A stretch of DNA of 50,898 nt from Thermoproteota archaeon. GTDB lineage: Archaea; Korarchaeota; Korarchaeia; Korarchaeales; Korarchaeaceae. Position numbers and translations under genes: made by a program. Positions 20,011-28,270 of the stretch are shown here, in pieces. How positions within the stretch are numbered: position 1 is the stretch's first letter; the number at the start of each line of letters is the position of its first letter. The notes under the pieces were generated by a model. It did no database searches and had not been told where the DNA came from. It was given only the letters and a program-made list of their open reading frames with translations. The DNA is taken from positions 1 to 50,898 of the forward strand of contig JAOZFH010000032.1 in the NCBI GenBank assembly GCA_027491415.1, given 5' to 3'.

Positions 20011-21562
20011 TCTCCCTCACCTCCACCGGGACCTCCACCTTGGCCTTCCTCGCCACCTTGGCTAGTACGGTCTCAATGGGCGGCCGCTCCCCAGTCAACT
20101 CCTCGAGGACCTCCGCTATCAGCGCGTAGTACCTAGACAGGAGCTCAACCCTCCTGGCTGCCGATGCGGCCCTCCTCTTTCTGCTGAGGTAGATCCTCAG
20201 ATCCCTCGCGCAGGCCCTCCAGCCGAGTTCAACCTCCCTCGCCAGCTCGGGCTTGTTTGCGATGAACTCCTTCCCAACGGTCTTGAACGGGACCTTTGTA
20301 GAGACAACGTGGAAGAAGAGGGCGATTGGCTCATCCTCCAAGGACTTGAGCCCGTAGACGCTCCAGTTGAGGCGCCTGGCCACCAGGTAGGAGACGTCGC
20401 TGCTGACGTCGTAGAGGAGGGGAATCCTGTTGGCGAACCGGTAGAGCTGGATCTCCCCGGCGGGCTTTATGTCACCTCCGTAGGCGATGGCCGTCTCCAC
20501 TATGACTGGGTGGCCCTCGACGACTGCGGGGGGCCTCTGAACTGCCTTTACGAACTCCGGCCTGAGCTCCTTCTTGATGCCCTCCTCCCACAGATTGGGA
20601 CCCAGCGGAGACAGGACGCTTGGGTCGGGCGGGAGGTAGTTGTCGTAGGTGACGAGCGCCTTGAACAGCCTCTCCAGCTCCTCATCGCTCAGCCTCTTGG
20701 GGCTGAGGTCCGGAGACAGGCCGGCCCTGGCCAAGATCTCCGCCGCCGTCTTGGGGCCTACCCTCTGGAAGTGGGTGGTCAGGAATCCAGCCAGCTTCCG
20801 GGTGTTCGTGGTCTCGGCGAGCCTCTTCAGCAGCTCAAAGTCGATTCCCTTGGGGTGAAACTTCGTCTCCTTTGGCGGAGGGGGTATCTGGTCAGTGGTC
20901 CTGGCGAAGAAGAAGAATAGGCCGTCTGGGTCGATGAACATTATGTCCGCGTAGGGGGTGACGATCGCCGTCTGGTGGAGGTAGTCGATGATCTTCGACC
21001 TGGCCCGCCTGTAGTTCCCCTCGAAATAGAGCTCTACCGTCGTCATCGACCTCCGCGTCACGCCTGCCAATATCCTCCTGTCCAGGACAATCGGCTCGTT
21101 TTTCTGGATGTCGATCTTCATGGTGAACTCGTAGAGGGGCGATCCCTCTCTCCCCGTTATCACCTTGAAAGGCCGGTTCGTCGTGATCTGTCCGTAGAGG
21201 AGCGCCATGGTTCCTCCAAGCCCGAACGTCCCCCTGCTCTGCATCAGCTTGTACTTGGAGCTGACGAAGACCTTCCCGAAGGCTGCCGGAACGTCCTCGG
21301 GGTCAAGCCCAACCCCGTTGTCCCTCACCCTCAGCATGTAGACGGCCGTCCCCTCAAGGCGACCCTCGGCCACCTCCTCCATCGTGAGCATGACCTTGGG
21401 GGGCCGCCCGGCTAGCTCGCTGGCGTCCAGCGCGTTCTCCACGAGTTCCCTCACGGTCGTGTAGGTGGCCCTGACGGGGTTGTCAAATCCCGCCAGTGAT
21501 CTGTTTCTGTAGAAGAAGTCGGCAGCGCTAATCTGCTCGAGTTCCTTCAGCCCTCCTCCCAT
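19994..21562 (-). CDS. top6B: DNA topoisomerase VI subunit B
   Basis: ELVENALDA, DNGVG, QSRGTFGLG GHKL motifs; RFANRIPLLY, KVPFKTVGKE. Confidence 0.96.
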   Translation of the reverse strand: MGGGLKELEQISAADFFYRNRSLAGFDNPVRATYTTVRELVENALDASELAGRPPKVMLTMEEVAEGRLEGTAVYMLRVRDNGVGLDPEDVPAAFGKVFVSSKYKLMQSRGTFGLGGTMALLYGQITTNRPFKVITGREGSPLYEFTMKIDIQKNEPIVLDRRILAGVTRRSMTTVELYFEGNYRRARSKIIDYLHQTAIVTPYADIMFIDPDGLFFFFARTTDQIPPPPKETKFHPKGIDFELLKRLAETTNTRKLAGFLTTHFQRVGPKTAAEILARAGLSPDLSPKRLSDEELERLFKALVTYDNYLPPDPSVLSPLGPNLWEEGIKKELRPEFVKAVQRPPAVVEGHPVIVETAIAYGGDIKPAGEIQLYRFANRIPLLYDVSSDVSYLVARRLNWSVYGLKSLEDEPIALFFHVVSTKVPFKTVGKEFIANKPELAREVELGWRACARDLRIYLSRKRRAASAARRVELLSRYYALIAEVLEELTGERPPIETVLAKVARKAKVEVPVEVRESGDGS

Positions 21563-22179
21563 TCCTCACCCTCCTCTCCACTCTCCTTCATCCGCCGACG
21601 GGACCTCGCCTCCCTCATGATCATCATCTGCTCCAGGACTTCCCTCTCCCGCATCTCGGCGATCTTTCGCTCCATCCTCCGGTAGGCGGTGGAGTGCCTG
21701 GAGCCAGAGGCGAGGGATACGATCGCCTCCTTGGCGGGGATGATGTCGTAGTACCTTCCAATTATGGCCGCAGTGTGGCCGTATATTGATATGTCGGTCC
21801 CGGTGCGGCTCTCGATGTAGGTCCGCGCCCTCCCCCCCTCCCCTATGAGCCTCCCCCGGATCCTCTGAAGGGCGTTCTTGCTGGGACCGACGTAATCACG
21901 AAGGTCGACTATCTCCAGCACATACTCGTCGTTCAGGAGCTTCATCGCCCTTTCGGGGGAAAAGCCTCTCCCAATCGCCTGAATAACGGATTGAAGCTTG
22001 TGGGGCATGAGGGGGTCCTCGGGGGGCTCCTCAAACGTGATCGTGACCTCGCCGGACCCGCTGTCCACGGTTATCTTCGCCCCGGTCACCCTCTCGAGGT
22101 ACCTCCTGGTGGCCCCTCTCTTCCCTATGAGCACGCCCACCCTGTTCCTCGGGATCTTGACTCTAATCTCGATGGCCAT
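21547..22179 (-). CDS. KH-domain RNA-processing protein (Dim2/Pno1-like)
   Basis: GVLIGKRG, AIGRGFSPE, GRLIGEGG. Confidence 0.92.
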   Translation of the reverse strand: MAIEIRVKIPRNRVGVLIGKRGATRRYLERVTGAKITVDSGSGEVTITFEEPPEDPLMPHKLQSVIQAIGRGFSPERAMKLLNDEYVLEIVDLRDYVGPSKNALQRIRGRLIGEGGRARTYIESRTGTDISIYGHTAAIIGRYYDIIPAKEAIVSLASGSRHSTAYRRMERKIAEMREREVLEQMMIMREARSRRRMKESGEEGEEWEEG

Positions 22180-22187
22180 TCAGGGGC

Positions 22188-23000
22188 TCACCTCGCCTCT
22201 CCCTCTCTAATCAACTCATCAACGAAGCTCCACGGGTCAGGGCCCCTCACCCCAAACCTGGTCGAGAAGAAGCGGATCACCCTCTCAACGTCCCTCCTGA
22301 GGTAAGCCTCGGCCATCGGGTGCAGGGTGACAACGGCCTGGGAGACGTCTATCACCCAGTGCTTCTCCCTCCAGTACATGATGTTGTACTCACTCAGGTC
22401 TCCGTGAACGAGTTCCGCGTCTAGGTACGTCCTCCTAACGTCTGCCAGTATGGCATCGAGGGTGGAACTCGGGTCCGGGAGTTCCCTCACCTCCCTCAGT
22501 AGGGGGGCTGGGAATCCCTCGTCTCCTATGAACTCCATCACGAGCACGTTTCCCACGACTGCTATGGGCTTAGGAACAGATACTCCGGCTTCGTAGAGCC
22601 GGACGAGGTTCCTATACTCCTTCTTCGCCCACAGCCTTATCAGGCGATCTCTATCCCTCACCGGAACGAAGCGATAGTCCCCCACGATGTAGTCCAGGTA
22701 CTTCCTGAAGTTGGCGGTGGCGATCTTGTATACCTTCACTGCCACATCCCCCTCGGGTCCCGTGCCGGCCATCACGACGGCCTCCTTACCCGCACTCACG
22801 ATCCAGGTTATGTCTCTTATCACGCCTTTATTAAACAGTTTTATGAGGGCTCTGATCGTTCTTGTATCAAAAACCAACTGCCTGACCTTGTAGTACTCCT
22901 CGTCCTTGAATCTCTTCGCCCGCTTGGCGTACTCCTCCTCCATTATTCTCTCGAGCCGGCGCTCGATCTCCTCGTAGCCCTCATCGGGCTCAGAGGACAT
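22188..23000 (-). CDS. rio1: RIO1 family kinase
   Basis: SAGKEAVV, AVKVYK, WAKKEYRNL, VHGDLSEYNI, IDVSQ. Confidence 0.95.
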   Translation of the reverse strand: MSSEPDEGYEEIERRLERIMEEEYAKRAKRFKDEEYYKVRQLVFDTRTIRALIKLFNKGVIRDITWIVSAGKEAVVMAGTGPEGDVAVKVYKIATANFRKYLDYIVGDYRFVPVRDRDRLIRLWAKKEYRNLVRLYEAGVSVPKPIAVVGNVLVMEFIGDEGFPAPLLREVRELPDPSSTLDAILADVRRTYLDAELVHGDLSEYNIMYWREKHWVIDVSQAVVTLHPMAEAYLRRDVERVIRFFSTRFGVRGPDPWSFVDELIREGEAR

Positions 23001-23394
23001 CCTCCATCATCGCCCAAGACCTGTCGAGGTACCCCTTCTCAATGAGCCACTCGACCTGCTGACGGTTGTACCTTACCACTATGTCCCCCCTGTCCCTCTT
23101 GAAGGGCCAGACGGATACGAGCACTATGTCCCCCCTCCTTATCCAGTGTCGCTTGCCCCTGAGCTTCCCCCTCACCCTAGCTATCCTGACGACGCCGTCG
23201 GTGCACTCGACCCTGAAGTGCCCCTTGCCCACTGGGTCCAGGACTCGACCGAAGACCTCAAGGTCCTCGTCAGCGGGTAGAAGCTCCTCCATCTCGGCGT
23301 CAAGAGAACTCTCGGGCTTTGAGGACTTCTTTGACATGGGCCTCCTCCTCCGCCTGAAGGTTCTCTTTCTCTTCCCCCTCCTGCGCGATGGCAA
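22990..23394 (-). CDS. eif1a: Translation initiation factor aIF-1A
   Basis: CTDGVVRIARVRGKL, WIRRGDIVLV, RGDIVVRY; start TTG 23394 or a later in-frame ATG (MSKKSS). Confidence 0.92.
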   Translation of the reverse strand: MPSRRRGKRKRTFRRRRRPMSKKSSKPESSLDAEMEELLPADEDLEVFGRVLDPVGKGHFRVECTDGVVRIARVRGKLRGKRHWIRRGDIVLVSVWPFKRDRGDIVVRYNRQQVEWLIEKGYLDRSWAMMEDVL

Positions 23395-23422
23395 GATAAA
23401 CGCCGCCTTCTAAAATATTCCC

Positions 23423-23845
23423 TCAGACCTTCGGGACCGGCGTCTCGGCCCCGCAGGCCAGACACTTCAGAACGAGAGTCCTCTTCACCTTGACGAGCTT
23501 CGTGTCAGGCCTTCCACAGATGGGGCAGAGCACGTACCTCTCTATGAACCTCTTCACCCTGGCGTCGACCAGTTGGGGGTCTATCCTCCTGGACAGTATC
23601 AGCTTGCCGCCTCCGGTCGTCATGTAGGGGCTTCCAAGCTCTCTGGACAGATACCGGGCGACGAGCTTTGGATCCCTGTTGAGGGTGTCGCATATCTCCT
23701 TGAAGTTGATGATGTGCGTCTGCCTCCCTTCAATAATCACCACGGGGGTGGGCGGGGTGAACCTCTCACCGCTAACGACTACCCCCTTCGGGAGCCTCTC
23801 GCGGGCTGCCCGGAGCATCTCAAGGTACTCCTCCTTAGTCGACAA
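23423..23845 (-). CDS. eif2b: Translation initiation factor aIF-2 beta
   Basis: NFKEICDTLNRDP, YVLCPICGRPDT, CLACGA. Confidence 0.95.
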   Translation of the reverse strand: MSTKEEYLEMLRAARERLPKGVVVSGERFTPPTPVVIIEGRQTHIINFKEICDTLNRDPKLVARYLSRELGSPYMTTGGGKLILSRRIDPQLVDARVKRFIERYVLCPICGRPDTKLVKVKRTLVLKCLACGAETPVPKV

Positions 23846-23865
23846 GGTTCTACCTCCTCCGATCG

Positions 23866-24498
23866 CTAAGCTACGACGTACCTCCCTCTCTCGTCAAGGT
23901 ATATTAACCCTTCCTCCATCAGTCGGTCCAGGGCACGGAGTACTGCCCCCCTTTTGGAGCCTGAGAACCCAGCAACGATCTGTTCCTCAGACAGGGGCCC
24001 CCTCTCTCCGAGGAGCTTCAGAATGGCCTCCCTCACGTCCGAAGGTTCGCCTTCCGCCCCCTCATCCCCGGCTGACGCCGCGGCGGCGATCCTCATCCTC
24101 TCTCTGAGGATCTCCAGGGCCCTAACCAATATCCAGTTGGGGTCCTCGACCCTCACCGTAAGCTGGGGGACGACGTACCTCTCTCCCTTCCACTCCCTCA
24201 CCCTGCCCACCACGTCCAGCACGGTTCCCCGCGAGTAGGGGGACCCGGTCTCCGGGTCCACGAGCATCTCGACGTCTTGGTCCCAGGCCCTAACCGATAT
24301 GGATCCCGTCCCGTCCTCTAAGACGACCCTCGCGTGTCCCGCGTCTGTGCTCATGTATGAGTCGACCACAACCCCCATCACCCTGACGGAGACGACGCTT
24401 CCGCCGGTTGGGAGTCTGAAGTACCTGACCGTTCCGACGCTCACGTCCTCAAACCGGCCCTCGAGGATCTCCCTGATCCACACCTTCGCCGCGGGCAT
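23866..24498 (-). CDS. RPA32/RPA2-like OB-fold + winged-helix ssDNA-binding protein
   Basis: VRVMGVVV, LEDGTGSI.VRAW, DVVGRVREW, DPNW; C-terminal LDRLMEEGLIY wH. Confidence 0.8.
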   Translation of the reverse strand: MPAAKVWIREILEGRFEDVSVGTVRYFRLPTGGSVVSVRVMGVVVDSYMSTDAGHARVVLEDGTGSISVRAWDQDVEMLVDPETGSPYSRGTVLDVVGRVREWKGERYVVPQLTVRVEDPNWILVRALEILRERMRIAAAASAGDEGAEGEPSDVREAILKLLGERGPLSEEQIVAGFSGSKRGAVLRALDRLMEEGLIYLDERGRYVVA

Positions 24499-24584
24499 TC
24501 GCGCAGGCAGTCCCGAGCTGACCCCCCAGGCCTGCCACTCTCTATCTTTATATAAGCCAGCCCGGCAGCGGGGGCCGGGGGCGG

Positions 24585-24691
24585 GGGCCCGTGGCTCAGC
24601 CTGGATAGAGCGCCCGCCTTATATGGCGGCTCCCGCCACAAGCCAGGGGAAAAGCGGGAGGTCGCGGGTTCAAGTCCCGCCGGGCCCACCA
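24585..24691 (+). tRNA. tRNA-Ile(TAT) with 29-nt intron (24624-24652)
   Basis: Acceptor and T arms identical and D arm near-identical to tRNA-Ile(GAT) at 2948; stem CCCGC/GCGGG, anticodon TAT 24620-24622; TTTATATA box at about 24547; CCA encoded. Confidence 0.88.
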
Positions 24692-24712
24692 CCCCCAGTT
24701 GGGTGGCCACCC

Positions 24713-25114
24713 TTGACCGAGAGGGAGTTGGTGTTGGATACCTCTTTTCTGCTGGGGATTTTCGAGAAGAAGGTCCCCGTGAGCTTGAGCCACCTCTTAG
24801 ACTTGGTTCCCGGCGCTAGGCTCGTCACCCTCACCTCGTGCCTCGAGGAGCTGAGGGTTAAGGCGGATGGGCGAGATCCCGCCGCCAGGAGCGTCTTGAG
24901 TTCCCTTCCTGCGCTAGAGATCGAGGTGAGGGAGTCGTCGGGGCCAGCGGACGAGGCGATAGTGAAGTACTCCTCCACCGGGTTCGGGAGCAGGGTGGTG
25001 GTCACCTTGGACAATGCGTTAAAGAACAGGTGCCTTGAGCGGGGTGTGCCGGTGGTGTACCTCAGGGCAGGCAAGAGGCTGGTCCTCGAAGACCCCGCCA
25101 AGTTCAGGCCCTGA
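24713..25114 (+). CDS. PIN-domain nuclease (Fcf1/Utp24-like)
   Basis: LVLDTSFL, EEL, ADEAI, VTLD..LK, GVPVVYLR; upstream of rpo7. Confidence 0.85.
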   Translation: MTERELVLDTSFLLGIFEKKVPVSLSHLLDLVPGARLVTLTSCLEELRVKADGRDPAARSVLSSLPALEIEVRESSGPADEAIVKYSSTGFGSRVVVTLDNALKNRCLERGVPVVYLRAGKRLVLEDPAKFRP

Positions 25115-25131
25115 GCACCGGGGGTGATCGT

Positions 25132-25695
25132 TTGTACTACGTCGTTAGGATGAGCGACATGGTCTGGGTTCCTCCCAAGAGGCTGGGAGACGATCCCAGG
25201 GAGGTCGCCGAGGAACTCCTCCGGGCCAGGTACGTTGGGAGGTATCTGGAGGATGTGGGCCTCATCCTCGAGGTCCTGAGGGTCTCCGACGTAAGCCTCG
25301 GCAAGGCGCTCATTTCCAGCCCCTCCATTTACTTCCGCGCCGAGTTCGAGGTGCTCACGTTCCTGCCCAAGGTCCACGAGATAGTGGAGGGTGAGGTCAA
25401 GGCCGTCCTTGAGCACGGGATCGTGATCACCATGGGGCCCATAGACGGCTTCGTCCACATATCCCAACTCGGAGACGACGTCTTCGTGCACAGGGCTGGT
25501 GTCCTGCAGGGAAGAAAGACTAGGATCACTTATCGGAGGGGTGATGTCGTCAGGGCCAGGATAACTGGCGTGAGCAGGCCCAGCCCAGCAGCCGCGGCGC
25601 GGGGAGAGCCGATAGTCAGGGTCTCCTTGACGTGCAGGCAGCCGAGCATGGGAAAGGTGGAGGCACGGGAGGCGGAGGAGGGTGGCGCGTCTTAG
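25132..25695 (+). CDS. rpoE1: RNA polymerase subunit E'/Rpo7
   Basis: VPPKRLG, EIVEGEV, GPIDGFVHISQL, GDVVRARI, LTCRQP.MGK. Confidence 0.95.
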   Translation: MYYVVRMSDMVWVPPKRLGDDPREVAEELLRARYVGRYLEDVGLILEVLRVSDVSLGKALISSPSIYFRAEFEVLTFLPKVHEIVEGEVKAVLEHGIVITMGPIDGFVHISQLGDDVFVHRAGVLQGRKTRITYRRGDVVRARITGVSRPSPAAAARGEPIVRVSLTCRQPSMGKVEAREAEEGGAS

Positions 25696-25873
25696 GGCAT
25701 GTAGGAGGGATAAAGCCCTCACAGACGGAGATGCGTGCCCCGTGTGCGGGTCCACCGATCTTACTCCCAACTGGGAAGGGGTCGTGGCCATCGTTGATCC
25801 AGTTCGCTCCGTCCTAGCCAAGAGGCTCGGCATATCCAGGTCTGGGATGTACGCGCTGAGGGTGCTTGAGTGA
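25682..25873 (+). CDS. spt4: Transcription elongation factor Spt4 (RpoE'')
   Basis: ACRRD...CPVCGS.DLT.NWEG...GMYALRV. Confidence 0.93.
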   Translation: MARLRACRRDKALTDGDACPVCGSTDLTPNWEGVVAIVDPVRSVLAKRLGISRSGMYALRVLE

Positions 25874-25929
25874 CTCCCCGACGCCACCCTTTAATAGGCC
25901 GGCTGGCCTCGCCGTGCTGAGGGTCTCCC

Positions 25930-26235
25930 ATGGAGCTGAAGATAGAGGAGAGGCGTCGCAACCCGCTCCTACGCAGGGAGGAGATCAGGGCAATCGTGTC
26001 ATTCGAGGGCGGGACTCCAACTAGGCGGGAGGTCCGAGAGGCCTTGGCCAAGGCTCTCGGTAAGGATTTGGGCGTCGTGTTCGTTCGCAGGGTCCTGACC
26101 GAGTACGGGGCCCGCCGCGCGAGGGTCCTCGCCATGGCCTACGACGACCGAGACTACGCGCTCCGGATAGAGCCCGAGCACGTCATAAGGAAGAACGAGG
26201 GCGGAGGGGGAGAGGGGGGAGACCAGGCGAGTTGA
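25930..26235 (+). CDS. rps24e: 30S ribosomal protein eS24
   Basis: NPLLRREEI, GTPTRREV, TEYG. Confidence 0.95.
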   Translation: MELKIEERRRNPLLRREEIRAIVSFEGGTPTRREVREALAKALGKDLGVVFVRRVLTEYGARRARVLAMAYDDRDYALRIEPEHVIRKNEGGGGEGGDQAS

Positions 26236-26249
26236 GGGAGGTGTGATCG

Positions 26250-26414
26250 GTGGTCAAGCACGCGAACGTCCGGGTTCACACCTACTACGAGATCAAGGAC
26301 GGGAAGCTCGTCAGGAAGAAGAGGCAGTGCCCCAGATGCGGATCCTTCATGGCCGAGCACGAGAACAGGTGGACCTGCGGCAAGTGCGGGTACACAGAGT
26401 TCAAGACCGCGTAG
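26250..26414 (+). CDS. rps27ae: 30S ribosomal protein eS31 (S27ae)
   Basis: Manual translation [54 protein letters not shown]; SD GGAGGTG. Below the ORF-track cutoff. Confidence 0.96.
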   Translation: MVKHANVRVHTYYEIKDGKLVRKKRQCPRCGSFMAEHENRWTCGKCGYTEFKTA

Positions 26415-26459
26415 ACCCCTCGACGCAACGTTAATTTTTCCGTCGGCCCCTCTTGGCTG

Positions 26460-26538
26460 GGGCCCGTAGCTCAGCACGGATCAGAGCGCCGGCCTCCGGA
26501 GCCGGTGGTCGCGGGTTCAAGTCCCGCCGGGCCCGCCA
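26460..26538 (+). tRNA. tRNA-Arg(CCG)
   Basis: GGGCCCG acceptor, CCGGC CT CCG GA GCCGG, G discriminator + CCA. Confidence 0.95.
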
Positions 26539-26561
26539 CCTATGGCTATGGGGTGATCGAT

Positions 26562-26771
26562 TTGCCTGAAGGAGAGGTCGATGTTGAAGGGAAGACTTGC
26601 GCCGTCGTCGGGTGCGACGAGCCGGCCGCCAAGATCGTCGGCAGGTCGTTTGTGCCTGCCCTGCAGGCGCTCAAGCTCCGCCTTAAGAACAGGGGGCTGA
26701 GGCACATTCCACTGTGCAAGAAGCACTACAAGATGGCCAAGGAGGCGCTTGAGGCCCTCAGGGGAGGCTGA
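26562..26771 (+). CDS. Small putative Zn-binding protein (CxxxxC...LCKKHY)
   Basis: CAVVGC...LCKKHYK; SD GGGGTGA before TTG 26562. Confidence 0.7.
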   Translation: MPEGEVDVEGKTCAVVGCDEPAAKIVGRSFVPALQALKLRLKNRGLRHIPLCKKHYKMAKEALEALRGG

Positions 26772-27357
26772 TTCTCAGCACCCACAGCCTGTCGAAGGCC
26801 ACCTTCTGAGAGCCCACGGGAGTGACCGAGAGGCCCAGCGTCTTGGCGAGGTTCAGCGTCTCTTCTAGGTCGTTGGACTCGGCCTGGAGCAGGAGGGCAG
26901 TCCCGCCGTGCGTCAGGTGCTCTCCAACCCCCTCGACGAAGCGGTCTATCAGCCGCCTGCCCCTCGGGCCGCCGGCCCAGGCGGCCGAGGCGAGGTCTCG
27001 AGGCTCTTCAGCCAGATACGGGGGGTTGAACGTTATCAGCTCGAACCTCTCCCCCGCGACCGGCTGAAAGAGATCACCCAGCCTGAACTCGACCTGAATG
27101 CCGTACCTCCGGGAGTTGACCTCCACGGCCAGCTTGCACATAGGGTTAACGTCCGTGGCCACGACCTCTGACGCCCCCCAGAGGGCCGCGGCCACCGCCA
27201 GCGCGCCGGACCCGGTGCCGACATCAAGGACCCTCTTACCTGCCGGGTGAGCGCTTCGTAGACACCTGAGCATGAGCGCGGTGTCCAGCTCCGGCGGATA
27301 GACCGACTCAGGGACCCTGATCCGCAGTCCCTCCACCTCGACCTCCAGCCACCTCAT
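26758..27357 (-). CDS. HemK/PrmC-family methyltransferase
   Basis: VYPPELDT, LDVGTGSG, FNPPY, AWAGG..GR. Confidence 0.9.
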   Translation of the reverse strand: MRWLEVEVEGLRIRVPESVYPPELDTALMLRCLRSAHPAGKRVLDVGTGSGALAVAAALWGASEVVATDVNPMCKLAVEVNSRRYGIQVEFRLGDLFQPVAGERFELITFNPPYLAEEPRDLASAAWAGGPRGRRLIDRFVEGVGEHLTHGGTALLLQAESNDLEETLNLAKTLGLSVTPVGSQKVAFDRLWVLRISLP

Positions 27358-28207
27358 CCGAGACACCCTTCAGGAAGGAGGCCAGCTCGAGGTATTCATC
27401 TGGGGGGATCTTGTAGACCCTATCGTCCGTCGATATCGGGCACTGGGCTAGTACTTCGGACAGGAGGGGCTCCTCAAGCCCGAAAACGCCCCGAAGCCAG
27501 CCCTTCAAGGCCGCGCGGAGCGTCCTCTTCCTCCTCGAGAAGATGTGCGGGAGGACCCCCTTCAGCACTCTCAGCTCGGGGCCCGGAGGGTTCCTCGACC
27601 TGAGGAGGAGCATCACGGTATCAACCTTGGGGCGGGGGTAGAAGCAGGAGGCCCTCAGCAGCGCCAGCTGCGCCACGTCGTACCTGACCTGAGTCAGCAC
27701 CGAGAGGCTCCCGTAGGCCGGAGTTCCAGGACTGGCGGTCAGCCTCCTACCGAACTCCTGCTGAAAGGTCAGCACCACCCTCTCAAATCTGCTCAACGAG
27801 AGTCCCACCACAAGCCTCGAGGAGATCCCGTAAGGTGGGTTGGACACCATTACTGCGTGGTCTTCATCGGGCAGCACCCTGAGCGCGCTGTCCCTGACAA
27901 CCTCGACCCACTCGAGACCTCCGAACCGATCCTCCAACAGCCTCACGAACCTTCTATCCCTCTCAACAAGCGTCAGCGACTTGGGCCTCTTCTCAACTAT
28001 TCTCTCCGTGAGATTTCCAGGACCAGGGCCGACCTCCAATACGGCGTCGGATCCCCTGATCCCCGCGGAGTCCGCCATGAGGTCGAGGGCCTCCGGGTTG
28101 AGCAGGAGATGCTGACCAGCCTCTTTCCTGAGGCTTACGCCGTACTCTGCCATGAGAAGCCTGTACCTCTCCAGCATCTCGCGGTCGATTCCTGCGAATA
28201 CGCGCAC
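27308..28207 (-). CDS. rsmA: 16S rRNA dimethyladenosine transferase KsgA/Dim1
   Basis: GQHLL, LEVGPGPGNLT, SNPPYGISS, FQQEFGRRL, FYPRPKVD. Confidence 0.94.
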   Translation of the reverse strand: MRVFAGIDREMLERYRLLMAEYGVSLRKEAGQHLLLNPEALDLMADSAGIRGSDAVLEVGPGPGNLTERIVEKRPKSLTLVERDRRFVRLLEDRFGGLEWVEVVRDSALRVLPDEDHAVMVSNPPYGISSRLVVGLSLSRFERVVLTFQQEFGRRLTASPGTPAYGSLSVLTQVRYDVAQLALLRASCFYPRPKVDTVMLLLRSRNPPGPELRVLKGVLPHIFSRRKRTLRAALKGWLRGVFGLEEPLLSEVLAQCPISTDDRVYKIPPDEYLELASFLKGVSDEVAGGRGGGTADQGP

Positions 28208-28270
28208 CGGTTGACGCGCCGCCCGGAATTTTTATTCCCCCCATAGGGCGGCTCGCGCCGAGGTGTGATC

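Noticed and set aside
25874-25929. No DUF359 (dephospho-CoA kinase) gene between spt4 and rps24e
   Set aside because: Simple rearrangement is sufficient; absence from the genome cannot be judged from one window.
2801-26538. Repeated GGTCGCGGGTTCAAGTCCCGCCGGG as att sites or a repeat array
   Set aside because: All copies lie within complete tRNA genes; no integrase, transposase or CRISPR array was seen in the window.
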